From an uncultured Candidatus Saccharibacteria bacterium (GTDB lineage: Bacteria > Patescibacteriota > Minisyncoccia > Phycocordibacterales > CSBR16-119): a stretch of DNA of 64,000 nucleotides. Each line of letters begins with the position of its first letter. Positions within the stretch are counted from its first letter, which is position 1. The position numbers and the translations under genes are program-made. This document shows, piece by piece, positions 46,319 to 55,609 of this stretch. Location of the stretch: positions 22,938-86,937 of the forward strand of contig CAYRQF010000003.1 of NCBI GenBank assembly GCA_964426385.1. Direction: 5' to 3'. The notes under the pieces were generated by a model. It was not told the origin of the DNA. It was given only the letters and a program-made list of their open reading frames with translations, and searched no databases.

Positions 46319-47029
46319 CTATTTCGTTACCGCTTTGAACTCGAGAGTGAACTCATCGTTGATGACGTTGTCTCCAAGGTCAGTGAAGAATTTACCAGAG
46401 CCGAATTTTACATCATAGACAGTTCGGTCAATTGTCGCAGTTCCTGATATTGTCGCGACGCCGTTTAGTGTCGTCACTTCGATAGGGAACGATTCACTGT
46501 TCGTTTTACCTTTGATGGTGAGGTCGCCGGTTACGAGGTAAGTATTGTCAGATTCTTTTGCTGCACTTTTGATAACAAACTTTGCCTCAGGGAAAGCCGT
46601 GGCATCGAAGAAGTCTGGGGATTTTAGGTGCCCCGCCATTTTTGATGTTGTGTCCGCGTCATCTCCTTTGCCTGTTGATGTTGTGGCGATGCTCGTCATA
46701 TCAAACACTACCTCTCCGCCAATTAGCATGCCTGATGCGAATACCGCAGTACCACTTTTGATATTGAGCGTACCTTTATCGTAATAATCCTTGATGAGAG
46801 TCTTGGACCCAGTCCATGTCGCCTCGCTCTTTGTGGTATCAAGGTCTTTGCTTCCATTAAACGATGAGTCAACACCACCGTTCGCATCTGGGTTGGAAGG
46901 CATTTCGTCACCAGTTCCTGCTGTTGGCACATTTTCATCAACTACTATTGGACTATCAGCCTTGTTAGTTAGCATGAGTATGCCACCCACTATCACTACT
47001 CCTCCTAAAAATATCGCTAAACTTCGCAT
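46319..47029 (-). CDS. YceI-family periplasmic protein
   Basis: TM anchor followed by a YceI-like domain (TWTGSK...KGKTNSESF...DRTVYDVKFG). Confidence 0.8.
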   Translation of the reverse strand: MRSLAIFLGGVVIVGGILMLTNKADSPIVVDENVPTAGTGDEMPSNPDANGGVDSSFNGSKDLDTTKSEATWTGSKTLIKDYYDKGTLNIKSGTAVFASGMLIGGEVVFDMTSIATTSTGKGDDADTTSKMAGHLKSPDFFDATAFPEAKFVIKSAAKESDNTYLVTGDLTIKGKTNSESFPIEVTTLNGVATISGTATIDRTVYDVKFGSGKFFTDLGDNVINDEFTLEFKAVTK

Positions 47030-47096
47030 ATCTTGTATTTGTTACTGATAACAGGGGTATTTTATCATAACTACTAGGATGTGATAAAATAGGCCT

Positions 47097-47627
47097 ATGG
47101 AGACAATATATCTGGCCGGTGGATGCTTTTGGTGCACCGACGCCGTGTTTCGGGCTCTTCATGGCGTTATGCTGGTCACTCCGGGTTATATCGGGGGACA
47201 CACCAATAATCCGACCTATAGTCAGGTCTGCACCGGAGATACCGGTCACGCGGAGGCAGTCAAGATCGAATACGATCCAAATATTCTACCCACAGAAAGA
47301 TTGCTTAGAGTTTTTTTTGATACTCATGATCCAACGACGCTCGATCGGCAAGGAGCCGATGTCGGTAGTCAGTATCGCTCGGCGATATTTTATACCGATC
47401 ATCATCAGCGTGAGATTGCTGAGAGGGTGATTATGGAATATAGCGAGAGGTTACCTGCGGGTAAAAGTGTTGTGACCGAGGTCGTGCAGGCCGATGAGTT
47501 TTACCAAGCTGAGGACTATCACCATGATTACTATCAGCAGAACAAGGACAAGATGTATTGCCAACTCGTCATTACTCCCAAATTACAAAAATTAAAAAAA
47601 GAACACGATGACATACTCAACAAATAA
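47097..47627 (+). CDS. msrA: peptide methionine sulfoxide reductase A
   Basis: GGCFWC active site. Confidence 0.9.
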   Translation: METIYLAGGCFWCTDAVFRALHGVMLVTPGYIGGHTNNPTYSQVCTGDTGHAEAVKIEYDPNILPTERLLRVFFDTHDPTTLDRQGADVGSQYRSAIFYTDHHQREIAERVIMEYSERLPAGKSVVTEVVQADEFYQAEDYHHDYYQQNKDKMYCQLVITPKLQKLKKEHDDILNK

Positions 47628-48864
47628 AAAAGTTATCAAATGGATACTCTTGATACTAGGTCTTCTAATGGTTCTTTTTATTGGTTACAAATATTATGGT
47701 GGGGAGATACTGGGGAAGGTCGGCGTATTAGAGGACGAGACCCTTGTCCCAAGCATCAAGTTCAACCAAAAGGCCTCTATTTTCAATCAAGATGTCTCAG
47801 TGCTTGCTCTCGGTGTTGATAAAGTCGGGTATTACCTCAGACTTTCTCCAAATGAAAGATATATGATGTGGGGAGGACTCACCGATAATCCGGATGAGTC
47901 AGTCAATAAATTCTTCGTGACAGATCTCATAAATGACGAGACGTGGCAAATACCTGGAATGCCGATCAATACATGGGATACGGACAATCTCCTCATCACT
48001 GTGACAGAGACAGGTATCGTACTAAACGATCTCGAGAAGCGAACATCAGAAGAAGTTAGCGAGAAGGAAATATTTTTCTCTGGCAGTGTCTCGCCTGACG
48101 GCAAGAAGTTCGCCTACAATACCAAAAAGGGTATAAGAGTTCTCGATCTCGTGACCAAAAGAATCGATGCCGTCTCCGCTAAACAGTATGATGGAGCATA
48201 CGCTTGGTTCTCTGACTCAGTCCGGATACTCGGATACAAGGAAAACCCAAAGGATAACCTCTTCGAGGCGGGTAAAGGGAGACTTCTGGCTGTATGGGAT
48301 AGGCAGACAAAACTTGCCGACACAGATCTCGGGATAGAAATGCCTAGCTCTTCACTAAGAAGTATCAAATGGATTATCCCGGACCAGGTCGCTCTAGTAA
48401 ATGCCGGATATGATGACGGGTCTTTTGACTATATTGTCGATATATCGAACAAGTCTGTAACTGATCTAGGTGAAACATCAGGCATGCTTATGGGCGGAGT
48501 GAAGCTTGATGAGGATTTAAGTCTTATCGGTATGGTGGGTGAGGAAATCGATGGTCCGGGAGAGCTATCGCCACTTAATGTCGCTAAAATCCTCGACAAA
48601 ACCGGCGCTACGATTCATCGAAAGGGGTTTGATGATAATTATCGTCGTGAATATATAAATATTGTCGATAGCAATAAGGTGTTGTATCTCAGGAAGGGTG
48701 AGGGGGCTTCAGGTACGACCGAGGTTATCCTTCTCGATTTCCGAAGTGGAGCAGAGAAAGTTCTGGCAACACTCACGGACAATACCAATAGCCTGATCCT
48801 CTCAAAAGATAAAAAATACTGGATCGTTCCAAGTAATGGCATGATAATGGTGGAACCCCTCTAA
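47608..48864 (+). CDS. membrane-anchored TolB-like beta-propeller protein (hypothetical)
   Basis: N-terminal TM helix. Repeated SPDGKKFAY-type propeller blades. Confidence 0.6.
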   Translation: MTYSTNKKVIKWILLILGLLMVLFIGYKYYGGEILGKVGVLEDETLVPSIKFNQKASIFNQDVSVLALGVDKVGYYLRLSPNERYMMWGGLTDNPDESVNKFFVTDLINDETWQIPGMPINTWDTDNLLITVTETGIVLNDLEKRTSEEVSEKEIFFSGSVSPDGKKFAYNTKKGIRVLDLVTKRIDAVSAKQYDGAYAWFSDSVRILGYKENPKDNLFEAGKGRLLAVWDRQTKLADTDLGIEMPSSSLRSIKWIIPDQVALVNAGYDDGSFDYIVDISNKSVTDLGETSGMLMGGVKLDEDLSLIGMVGEEIDGPGELSPLNVAKILDKTGATIHRKGFDDNYRREYINIVDSNKVLYLRKGEGASGTTEVILLDFRSGAEKVLATLTDNTNSLILSKDKKYWIVPSNGMIMVEPL

Positions 48865-48868
48865 ACAT

Positions 48869-50563
48869 ATGGACATAAGGACGACGATAAAGAATCTCAT
48901 AAAGGAAGCGTTAGATGACCTCGATATTGAAGTAGGGGATATTTTGCTCGATCACCCGACGGAGCTCGGTCACGGCGATTATTCGACTAACGTTGCTATG
49001 TCACTCGCCAAAGCGCTGAAATCTTCACCAAAAGATTTGGCCGAGAAAATTGCGTCCAATATAGACAAACATGAATATATCGAATCAGTAAATGTTGCCG
49101 GGGCAGGTTTCATCAACTTTCATCTATCTCGTAAGTTCTTTGAAGAGTGTGTGCTAGGGATAGATTTTGAATTTGGCAAAACTGATATTCATGATGGGGA
49201 AACTATTCTCGTCGAGCACTCTAGTCCTAACTTGTTCAAGCCTTTTCATGTGGGTCACGTGATGAACAACACCATCGGTGAATCTATCGCGCGCCTTGCG
49301 GAATACTCTGGAGCTAATATCATCAAAGTATCATATCCGTCAGATGTCTCCCTCGGCATCGGCAAGTCCGTCTGGGCTCTACTAGAGCACGGAGTCGCTG
49401 AGCTAGAGGAGAAGTACTCTCTGTCCGAGAAGCTCGCATTTCTCGGCGAGTGTTATGTCGAAGGCACGAAAGCATACGAAGAAAATCCAACCATTGTGCG
49501 CCGGATCAAAGACATCACTGACATCATATACAAGAAAACTCCGAGTCCGGAGTACGATGCGTATCTGCTCGGCAAGGACATAACCCTCCAGTATTTCCAG
49601 GACATCACGGCGAGACTCGGATCAGAGTTCAATGAGTATATATTCGAGTCCGAGGCAGGCGAGGTTGGAAGAAAGCTCGTACTTGAAAATATCGGTAAGC
49701 CTACCCAGCCAGGAATATTCGAGGAATCTGAGGGTGCGATAGTTTATAAGGGCGAGGCTGAAGGACTCCACACCCGTGTATTTATTAACCAAGAAAACTA
49801 TCCAACATACGAGGCCAAAGATATCGGACTCTTGTGGCTCAAATTTGAACGTTACAATCCAGACATTTCAATACTCGTGACCGACAGGGAGCAGAAGAAT
49901 TACTATGAGGTGGTTCTGACTGCCGCGGGAAAAATAGAAAAAGCTTGGCAGGATAGGACTATCCACAAGACTCACGGAAGAATGTCCTTCAAGGGCCAGA
50001 AGATGTCGAGCCGTCTCGGTGGCGTGCCGATAGCAGCGGATATCCTCGACACTGTTGCTGAGGAGCTTAAGGGTAGAATGAAAGAAGAAAGCGACACCGA
50101 TAAGCTAGACTCGATAGCTATATCAGCGCTCAAGTTCACCATTCTCAAAACCATGGCTGGCAAAGACATCAACTTCGACCCTGAGACGTCGCTGTCATTC
50201 GAGGGTGACTCCGGGCCATATCTCCAGTACACTAACGCGCGTATCAACTCAGTTCTCGAGAAAGCGAGAGACCTCGATATAAGAGATGGTAAGGGCGAGG
50301 ATAGACTCACAACCGATGTCGAGAAGTTGCTCTATAGATTCCCCGAAGTTGTGGAGCTCGCTATTAACGAATGGGCACCGCATCATATCGCGGGATATCT
50401 CATCCTGCTCGCTCAGAGTTTCAACTCTTGGTATGGAAACACGAAACTTATTGACGAGGGGAATCCAAACATGGCTTACAATCTCCTCATCGCCAAAGCC
50501 GTTAGTCAGACTATCCAAAACGGACTATATCTCCTAGGTATCAAATCTCCAGAGAGGATGTAA
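48869..50563 (+). CDS. argS: arginyl-tRNA synthetase
   Basis: HVGHV (HIGH) motif, KMSSRLG, DALR anticodon-binding domain. Confidence 0.95.
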   Translation: MDIRTTIKNLIKEALDDLDIEVGDILLDHPTELGHGDYSTNVAMSLAKALKSSPKDLAEKIASNIDKHEYIESVNVAGAGFINFHLSRKFFEECVLGIDFEFGKTDIHDGETILVEHSSPNLFKPFHVGHVMNNTIGESIARLAEYSGANIIKVSYPSDVSLGIGKSVWALLEHGVAELEEKYSLSEKLAFLGECYVEGTKAYEENPTIVRRIKDITDIIYKKTPSPEYDAYLLGKDITLQYFQDITARLGSEFNEYIFESEAGEVGRKLVLENIGKPTQPGIFEESEGAIVYKGEAEGLHTRVFINQENYPTYEAKDIGLLWLKFERYNPDISILVTDREQKNYYEVVLTAAGKIEKAWQDRTIHKTHGRMSFKGQKMSSRLGGVPIAADILDTVAEELKGRMKEESDTDKLDSIAISALKFTILKTMAGKDINFDPETSLSFEGDSGPYLQYTNARINSVLEKARDLDIRDGKGEDRLTTDVEKLLYRFPEVVELAINEWAPHHIAGYLILLAQSFNSWYGNTKLIDEGNPNMAYNLLIAKAVSQTIQNGLYLLGIKSPERM

Positions 50564-50569
50564 AACACT

Positions 50570-50592
50570 CAGGAGCCCGTGAGGGCTCCTAG
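50570..50592. terminator. bidirectional stem-loop between convergent genes
   Basis: ggagccc-gtga-gggctcc hairpin. Confidence 0.45.
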
Positions 50593-50603
50593 TAGTCGTG
50601 CTT

Positions 50604-50876
50604 TCATCTGCCATCCTTGAGGGTGGCCTCGATCAATTGATCGATGGTTTCAGGTACGTCCATCCAGCGACGATATTCACGCATGAAGCGGAGTCGGATT
50701 CGCTTCATCATGCTTTCTTCGCGCAGTTTCGCCACTAACTCTTGGCCAGTTGATCGCAATTTGTTATCAACGATGAACCTATCGATAGTGGATCTCATGA
50801 CCCATTTTCTCCTGAAACAGAACGGGTCCAGGAGACGGCTTCTGGTTCTGCAGAGCCAGTGAGGTTTTGTCGCCAT
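50604..50876 (-). CDS. small basic hypothetical protein (possible HTH)
   Basis: 90-aa ORF between argS and ileS. No family recognised. The start may be an internal Met. Confidence 0.35.
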   Translation of the reverse strand: MATKPHWLCRTRSRLLDPFCFRRKWVMRSTIDRFIVDNKLRSTGQELVAKLREESMMKRIRLRFMREYRRWMDVPETIDQLIEATLKDGR

Positions 50877-50963
50877 GGTGGTTCAAGTTTGTAATACTTA
50901 TAACCCGAATCATGTTATTTCACAATCTTTTTCAAACACCTTTTTTGTGCTAAATTTAGCCTT

Positions 50964-53900
50964 ATGGATAAGGATACATCTACTCCGAAGAAGTCCGACG
51001 CCGCTCTCAAGGAAGAGGCGGTACTTAAATTCTGGGCGGATAATGGTATTTTCGAGAAAAGCTTGGCCAAGGATTCACCAAAAGGCGAGTTCGTTTTCTT
51101 CGAGGGTCCGCCAACGGCGAACGCCAAGCCAGCACTTCACCACCTAGAAGCCCGCGCCTTCAAAGACGTTATCCCTCGTTACAAGACCATGCAGGGCTTC
51201 CATGTCCGTCGCCAGGGAGGCTGGGACACTCACGGACTTCCTGTAGAGCTCCAGATCGAGAAGAAGCTCGGACTCAACTCGAAGAAAGCTATCGAGGAGT
51301 ATGGTATCGAGAAATTTAACCGTGAATGTCGGGAGAGCGTTTTCCAGTACATTAAAGACTGGGAAGACTTCACCGACCGTATCGGATACTGGGTGGACAA
51401 AAAGAACGCGTACTTCACATTCGACAATTCCTACATCGAGTCTGTCTGGAATGTCATGGCCAAGGTAAACGAGCGGGGACTACTCTACAAAGACTACCGT
51501 ATCGTGCCATGGTGTTCACGTTGCGGAACGCCACTCGCGTCACATGAGCTCGCACAGGGCTACGAAGATGTAAAAGATCTTTCGATATTCGTAAAATTCA
51601 AAGTAGTAGGCGCCACGAATACATATCTGCTCGCTTGGACGACGACGCCTTGGACTCTCCCCGGCAATGTCGCGTTGGCTGTTGGAGAAAAGATTGATTA
51701 TGTGAAAGTGAAAATCGGCGAAGAACTTCTGATTCTTGCCAAAACTCGGCTTGAGGTTTTAACCGAAAGTTACGAAATAGTAGAAGAAATAAAAGGTTCA
51801 GACCTGGTAGGGCTTTCATACGAACCACTATATCCATTCATCGCCAATTCACTAGAAGCTAAAAGCGATAAGCTAGAAGCTAGTTTTAAAGTATATTCTG
51901 CAGACTTCGTCACGACCGAGGATGGAACAGGTATCGTTCACATCGCACCTATGTATGGCCAGGACGACTTCGAGCTTGGGACCAAGATCGGGCTTCCGAA
52001 AGAACATGTAGTTGGAGTTGATGGTAAATTCCTCCCAGACACCGGTTTTTTCTCTGGAAGATTCGCTATGGAGAAAGATGAGAACGGCAAACCGACACTC
52101 GCTGTTGATGTCATAAACGACCTTACTACACGGGGGCTATTCTTTGGGAAGAAAAATTACGAACACACGTATCCACATTGTTGGCGATGTAAAACTCCGC
52201 TCATATATTACGCACGCGATTCTTGGTACATCCGCATGTCGGAGCTTCGTGATGAGCTGGTTAGAGAAAATGAAAGCATCAACTGGGAACCATCTCATAT
52301 AAAAGAGGGTCGCTTCGGCGAATGGCTACGTGAAATCAAAGACTGGGCAATATCCCGTGAGCGTTACTGGGGTACACCGCTCCCAGTCTGGGTAGCCGAA
52401 GACGGAGAGAAGTGGGTTGTGGGAAGCGTCGACGAACTCCGCAAGCATACCAAGCAATCTATAACTAAGATTATTTTTGTAAGACACGGACAGTCCGATG
52501 CAAATGTTGCACTTGTTTCTTCTAGTGTTCGTGACGCCCACCCACTAACGGAGCTTGGTCAAAAGCAGGCCAGGGATACCGCTGAGAAACTCCAGAGTCA
52601 TGACATTGACGTCGTTTATTGTTCGCCGATTCTACGTGCGAGACAAACAGCAGAGGCTTATCTGGAGTTGGCTGGAAAAGAAATGATGTTAGATGATCGT
52701 CTCGCTGAGATTGGTAGTGGTAGTTGGGAGGAGAAGACCCAACATGACCCGAGTATAAAGGCAGAGCGTGATGCTTATAAAGCTATGTCGCCAGATGAGA
52801 GGTTCGTGTTTAAACGCGGAAGTACTGGCGAGAGTTGGTCTGACTTACAAACTCGGGTAAAAGATTTTTTAGATGAAGTGCTCGCGAAGCATGCTGGCAA
52901 GACTATTGTTTGTTTTGCCCATCAGGGGACTGACGAGATAGGAATAAAACTGCTAAGAAGTTTGGATAACAAATATGCCGCAGAAAATCTCTTTCATGAG
53001 ATTGAGAATGGGGAAGTATTTCCTTTGTATATTGATGACAGAACTCAGAAGGAGTTCGATCTCCATCGTCCATTTATTGATGACGTAGTTCTAGAAAAGG
53101 ATGGTAAAGAATTCCGCCGAGTCAAAGAAGTCATGGATGTCTGGTTCGACTCTGGCGCCATGCCGTTCGCTCAACACCACTATCCGTTCGAGAACAAAGA
53201 GTACGTTGATGGCCCGGGCTATCCGGCAGACTTCATCTCCGAAGCCGTCGACCAAACTCGTGGTTGGTTCTATACGCTTCATGCCGTGGGAGTGCTTATG
53301 GGCAAGGGCCGTGCATACAACAATTGTATCTGTCTCGGGCACATCCTCGACGACAAGGGCAAGAAGATGAGCAAATCTATCGGTAACATCGTGAACCCTT
53401 GGGAGATGATGGACAAATACGGCGTAGATACTCTACGTCTCTGGATGTACTCGGTGAACCAGCCGGGAGACTCGAAAAACTTCGACGAGAAAACTGTGGC
53501 GGAGCTCCGTAATAAAATATTTAACCTACTTTATAACGTCATTGCATTCTACGAGCTTTATCGCGACAAATCACTAGAAGCTAAAAGCGATAAACTAGAA
53601 GCTAGTTCTAACGTTCTGGATATCTGGATACTAGAACGCCTCGCCGAGCTCTCGAATACCATGACGACGGGTCTAGATAGTTACAAACTGATGGAGCCGG
53701 TTCGAGCTATGCGTGAATTTATCGATGAACTTTCCACGTGGTATGTTCGTCGTTCGCGTGATCGCCTGAAGGACGGTGATCAAGATGCAAAACGTACTCT
53801 ATATATCGTACTGAAGAATATGGCCCGTTTCCTGGCTCCATTTGCTCCTTTTGCCGCCGAGGATATTTGGCAGACTTTACGTACGGACGCTGACCCATTG

Positions 53901-54368
53901 AGTGTGCACCTCGCAAACTGGCCCGACCAGAAGCCGACTGACCCGAAAATCTCCGAGGATATGCAGTCTGTCCGTGAGCTTGTTACTCTAGGTCTCGAGC
54001 TCCGTCAGAAGAGTGGAGTTAAGGTCAAACAACCTCTCGCAAGCTTTACTGTAACCAAGGAGCTAGCAGTCGAATACCAAGAGCTTCTAAAAGATGAGCT
54101 CAACGTTAAAGAGATTGCCGTCGGCGAAGCTGTTGGTTTAAACACGGACATCACACCAGAGCTCAAGAGGGAGGGAGACTTCCGAGAATTCCTGCGAAAC
54201 GTTCAGGGTCTTCGTAAAGACGCAGAACTTTCTCCGAACGACATGGTTACTTTGATTGCCCCAGAATCCTCTAAAGAGGTAATCATCGGTTTTGAAGGTG
54301 AGCTCAAGAAAGTTGCCGGGATAAAAGAAATAAAATTCGAAGGAGAGGAAATTAGGATAGAAAAATAA
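50964..54368 (+). CDS. ileS: isoleucyl-tRNA synthetase with an inserted histidine-phosphatase (PGAM-like) domain and two in-frame SLEAKSDKLEAS repeat insertions
   Basis: PHCWRCKTPLIYY, KMSKS, WFDSGAMP and DIWILERL motifs. Insert ~52465-53050 carries RHGQSDAN, LTELGQKQA, SPILRARQTA and AHQGT motifs. Confidence 0.95.
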   Translation: MDKDTSTPKKSDAALKEEAVLKFWADNGIFEKSLAKDSPKGEFVFFEGPPTANAKPALHHLEARAFKDVIPRYKTMQGFHVRRQGGWDTHGLPVELQIEKKLGLNSKKAIEEYGIEKFNRECRESVFQYIKDWEDFTDRIGYWVDKKNAYFTFDNSYIESVWNVMAKVNERGLLYKDYRIVPWCSRCGTPLASHELAQGYEDVKDLSIFVKFKVVGATNTYLLAWTTTPWTLPGNVALAVGEKIDYVKVKIGEELLILAKTRLEVLTESYEIVEEIKGSDLVGLSYEPLYPFIANSLEAKSDKLEASFKVYSADFVTTEDGTGIVHIAPMYGQDDFELGTKIGLPKEHVVGVDGKFLPDTGFFSGRFAMEKDENGKPTLAVDVINDLTTRGLFFGKKNYEHTYPHCWRCKTPLIYYARDSWYIRMSELRDELVRENESINWEPSHIKEGRFGEWLREIKDWAISRERYWGTPLPVWVAEDGEKWVVGSVDELRKHTKQSITKIIFVRHGQSDANVALVSSSVRDAHPLTELGQKQARDTAEKLQSHDIDVVYCSPILRARQTAEAYLELAGKEMMLDDRLAEIGSGSWEEKTQHDPSIKAERDAYKAMSPDERFVFKRGSTGESWSDLQTRVKDFLDEVLAKHAGKTIVCFAHQGTDEIGIKLLRSLDNKYAAENLFHEIENGEVFPLYIDDRTQKEFDLHRPFIDDVVLEKDGKEFRRVKEVMDVWFDSGAMPFAQHHYPFENKEYVDGPGYPADFISEAVDQTRGWFYTLHAVGVLMGKGRAYNNCICLGHILDDKGKKMSKSIGNIVNPWEMMDKYGVDTLRLWMYSVNQPGDSKNFDEKTVAELRNKIFNLLYNVIAFYELYRDKSLEAKSDKLEASSNVLDIWILERLAELSNTMTTGLDSYKLMEPVRAMREFIDELSTWYVRRSRDRLKDGDQDAKRTLYIVLKNMARFLAPFAPFAAEDIWQTLRTDADPLSVHLANWPDQKPTDPKISEDMQSVRELVTLGLELRQKSGVKVKQPLASFTVTKELAVEYQELLKDELNVKEIAVGEAVGLNTDITPELKREGDFREFLRNVQGLRKDAELSPNDMVTLIAPESSKEVIIGFEGELKKVAGIKEIKFEGEEIRIEK
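51849..51885 (+). repeat. 36-bp repeat cactagaagctaaaagcgataagctagaagctag, in-frame within the ileS editing-domain region
   Basis: Near-identical copy at 53571-53606; related copies at 61387-61417 and 32868-32963. Confidence 0.8.
53571..53606 (+). repeat. 36-bp repeat copy, in-frame within the ileS anticodon-binding region (1 nt different from copy 1)
   Basis: tcactagaagctaaaagcgataaactagaagctagt. Confidence 0.8.
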
Positions 54369-54413
54369 ACAAAGGAGCCCTTTTCGGGGCCCCTTCGAGG
54401 TAGAGTCCTGTGA

Positions 54414-54836
54414 CTACTTCTTGCCAGCAATCAGCCAGATGGCCGCGCAAGCAAACAGGTAGCCGATACCCATTCTCCAGCTTACAGGCTCTTTGAGGGC
54501 CAAGTTGGAGAAGAGTCCGTTCATAATGATCACCAATGTCGAGATGAGGGGTATCGAGACCGATAGCCCAGTGGCTGTCTCTACAGCGATTACCTTCCCG
54601 AAACAGTATGCTCCAAGTCCTGCCAGTATGCCTGATAGGATTAGGAAGCCGAGTGGTAGAGCGGTCGGAATCGGCCCGTAAGAGCCTTTTGCCTGGATCG
54701 TCAGTATAACCGCCAGCGATGTTGATGAGACTACGGCCCTCAGCCAGTAAGTTGACGCACCGCTCACTCTTCCCACTATGGGATAGAAAGTGAAGAATAC
54801 GGCGGTCATGAGGCACAGGAAGAAAACGTATCTCAT
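54414..54836 (-). CDS. small 4-TM membrane protein (hypothetical)
   Basis: Hydrophobic ORF. Start chosen at MRYVFF to avoid overlap with the recO start; the ORF track extends to 54914. Confidence 0.5.
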   Translation of the reverse strand: MRYVFFLCLMTAVFFTFYPIVGRVSGASTYWLRAVVSSTSLAVILTIQAKGSYGPIPTALPLGFLILSGILAGLGAYCFGKVIAVETATGLSVSIPLISTLVIIMNGLFSNLALKEPVSWRMGIGYLFACAAIWLIAGKK

Positions 54837-54912
54837 AGTGGTTCGTTTGACAGGAACTCTATAATACTCAAGAACATGTGTCAATTTGGAGAGATAAACT
54901 ATAATTAGATCC

Positions 54913-55497
54913 ATGTCTCACACCATCTACAACACAGAAGCTTTTGTTATTTCGTCACGAGGGTCTGGCGAGGCTGATAAGACGTTTCATCTCTTTACCA
55001 AGGATTTCGGGACGCTACGCGTCAAAGCGACCGGTATCAGGAAGATAGAGTCACGCTTGCGTTACTTCGTCCAGGACTTCAAATACATCGAGGCGAGCTT
55101 GGTCAAGGGCAAGAGCTACTGGCGACTAGTATCAGCTCGACCTATTCATGAATTGAACTCACGTAAAAGCTTAGCCACACCTTCACGTATCCGTGGACTC
55201 CAGCTTGTAGGGAAACTCGCTCCGGAGGAGGAGCCTCATCCGAACCTATTTGCCGAGCTAGTCGCAGCTTATACCTTTACCTCCCGAGTCCAGGCGGTGG
55301 GCGAAGATGTTGATAGTGTCGAGGCGCTAATTGCTCTCAAGATACTCCACGCGCTCGGGTATTGGGGGGATGAGCAGGGAGATATCGACTTCATCATGAG
55401 TCCATTCAGCGAAGTCTCTATCGATAAGATAAAGTCTGTCAGAAAGTCTATCGTCAAAGAGTTGAACAAATCCCTGGCCGCTACACAGCTCATCTAA
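54913..55497 (+). CDS. recO: DNA repair protein RecO (short form)
   Basis: N-terminal OB-fold pattern (AFVISSRGSGEADKTFHLFTKDFGTLRVKATG). Confidence 0.65.
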   Translation: MSHTIYNTEAFVISSRGSGEADKTFHLFTKDFGTLRVKATGIRKIESRLRYFVQDFKYIEASLVKGKSYWRLVSARPIHELNSRKSLATPSRIRGLQLVGKLAPEEEPHPNLFAELVAAYTFTSRVQAVGEDVDSVEALIALKILHALGYWGDEQGDIDFIMSPFSEVSIDKIKSVRKSIVKELNKSLAATQLI

Positions 55498-55568
55498 CAC
55501 ATGTTATGCGGGGCTAGGAGACTTCGCTCGTATATTTCTGTCGTTCGGATGTCGTGCAAGGTTATGCC

Positions 55569-55597
55569 TTGCACACATCCTCAGTAGCAAATATAAT
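55569..55597 (+). promoter_or_regulatory. sigma70-like promoter TTGCAC-17-TATAAT, ~12 nt upstream of the ATG at 55610 (near-leaderless)
   Basis: Hexamers and spacing counted directly. Preceded by a gtgcaagg-ttat-gccttgcac hairpin. Confidence 0.5.
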
Positions 55598-55609
55598 CAA
55601 ACAGTATTT

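Noticed and set aside
54352-54816. 154-aa minus-strand ORF overlapping the 54414-54914 ORF in another frame
   Set aside because: The alternative frame gives a coherent 4-TM hydrophobic protein. This one is Arg/His-rich and non-protein-like.
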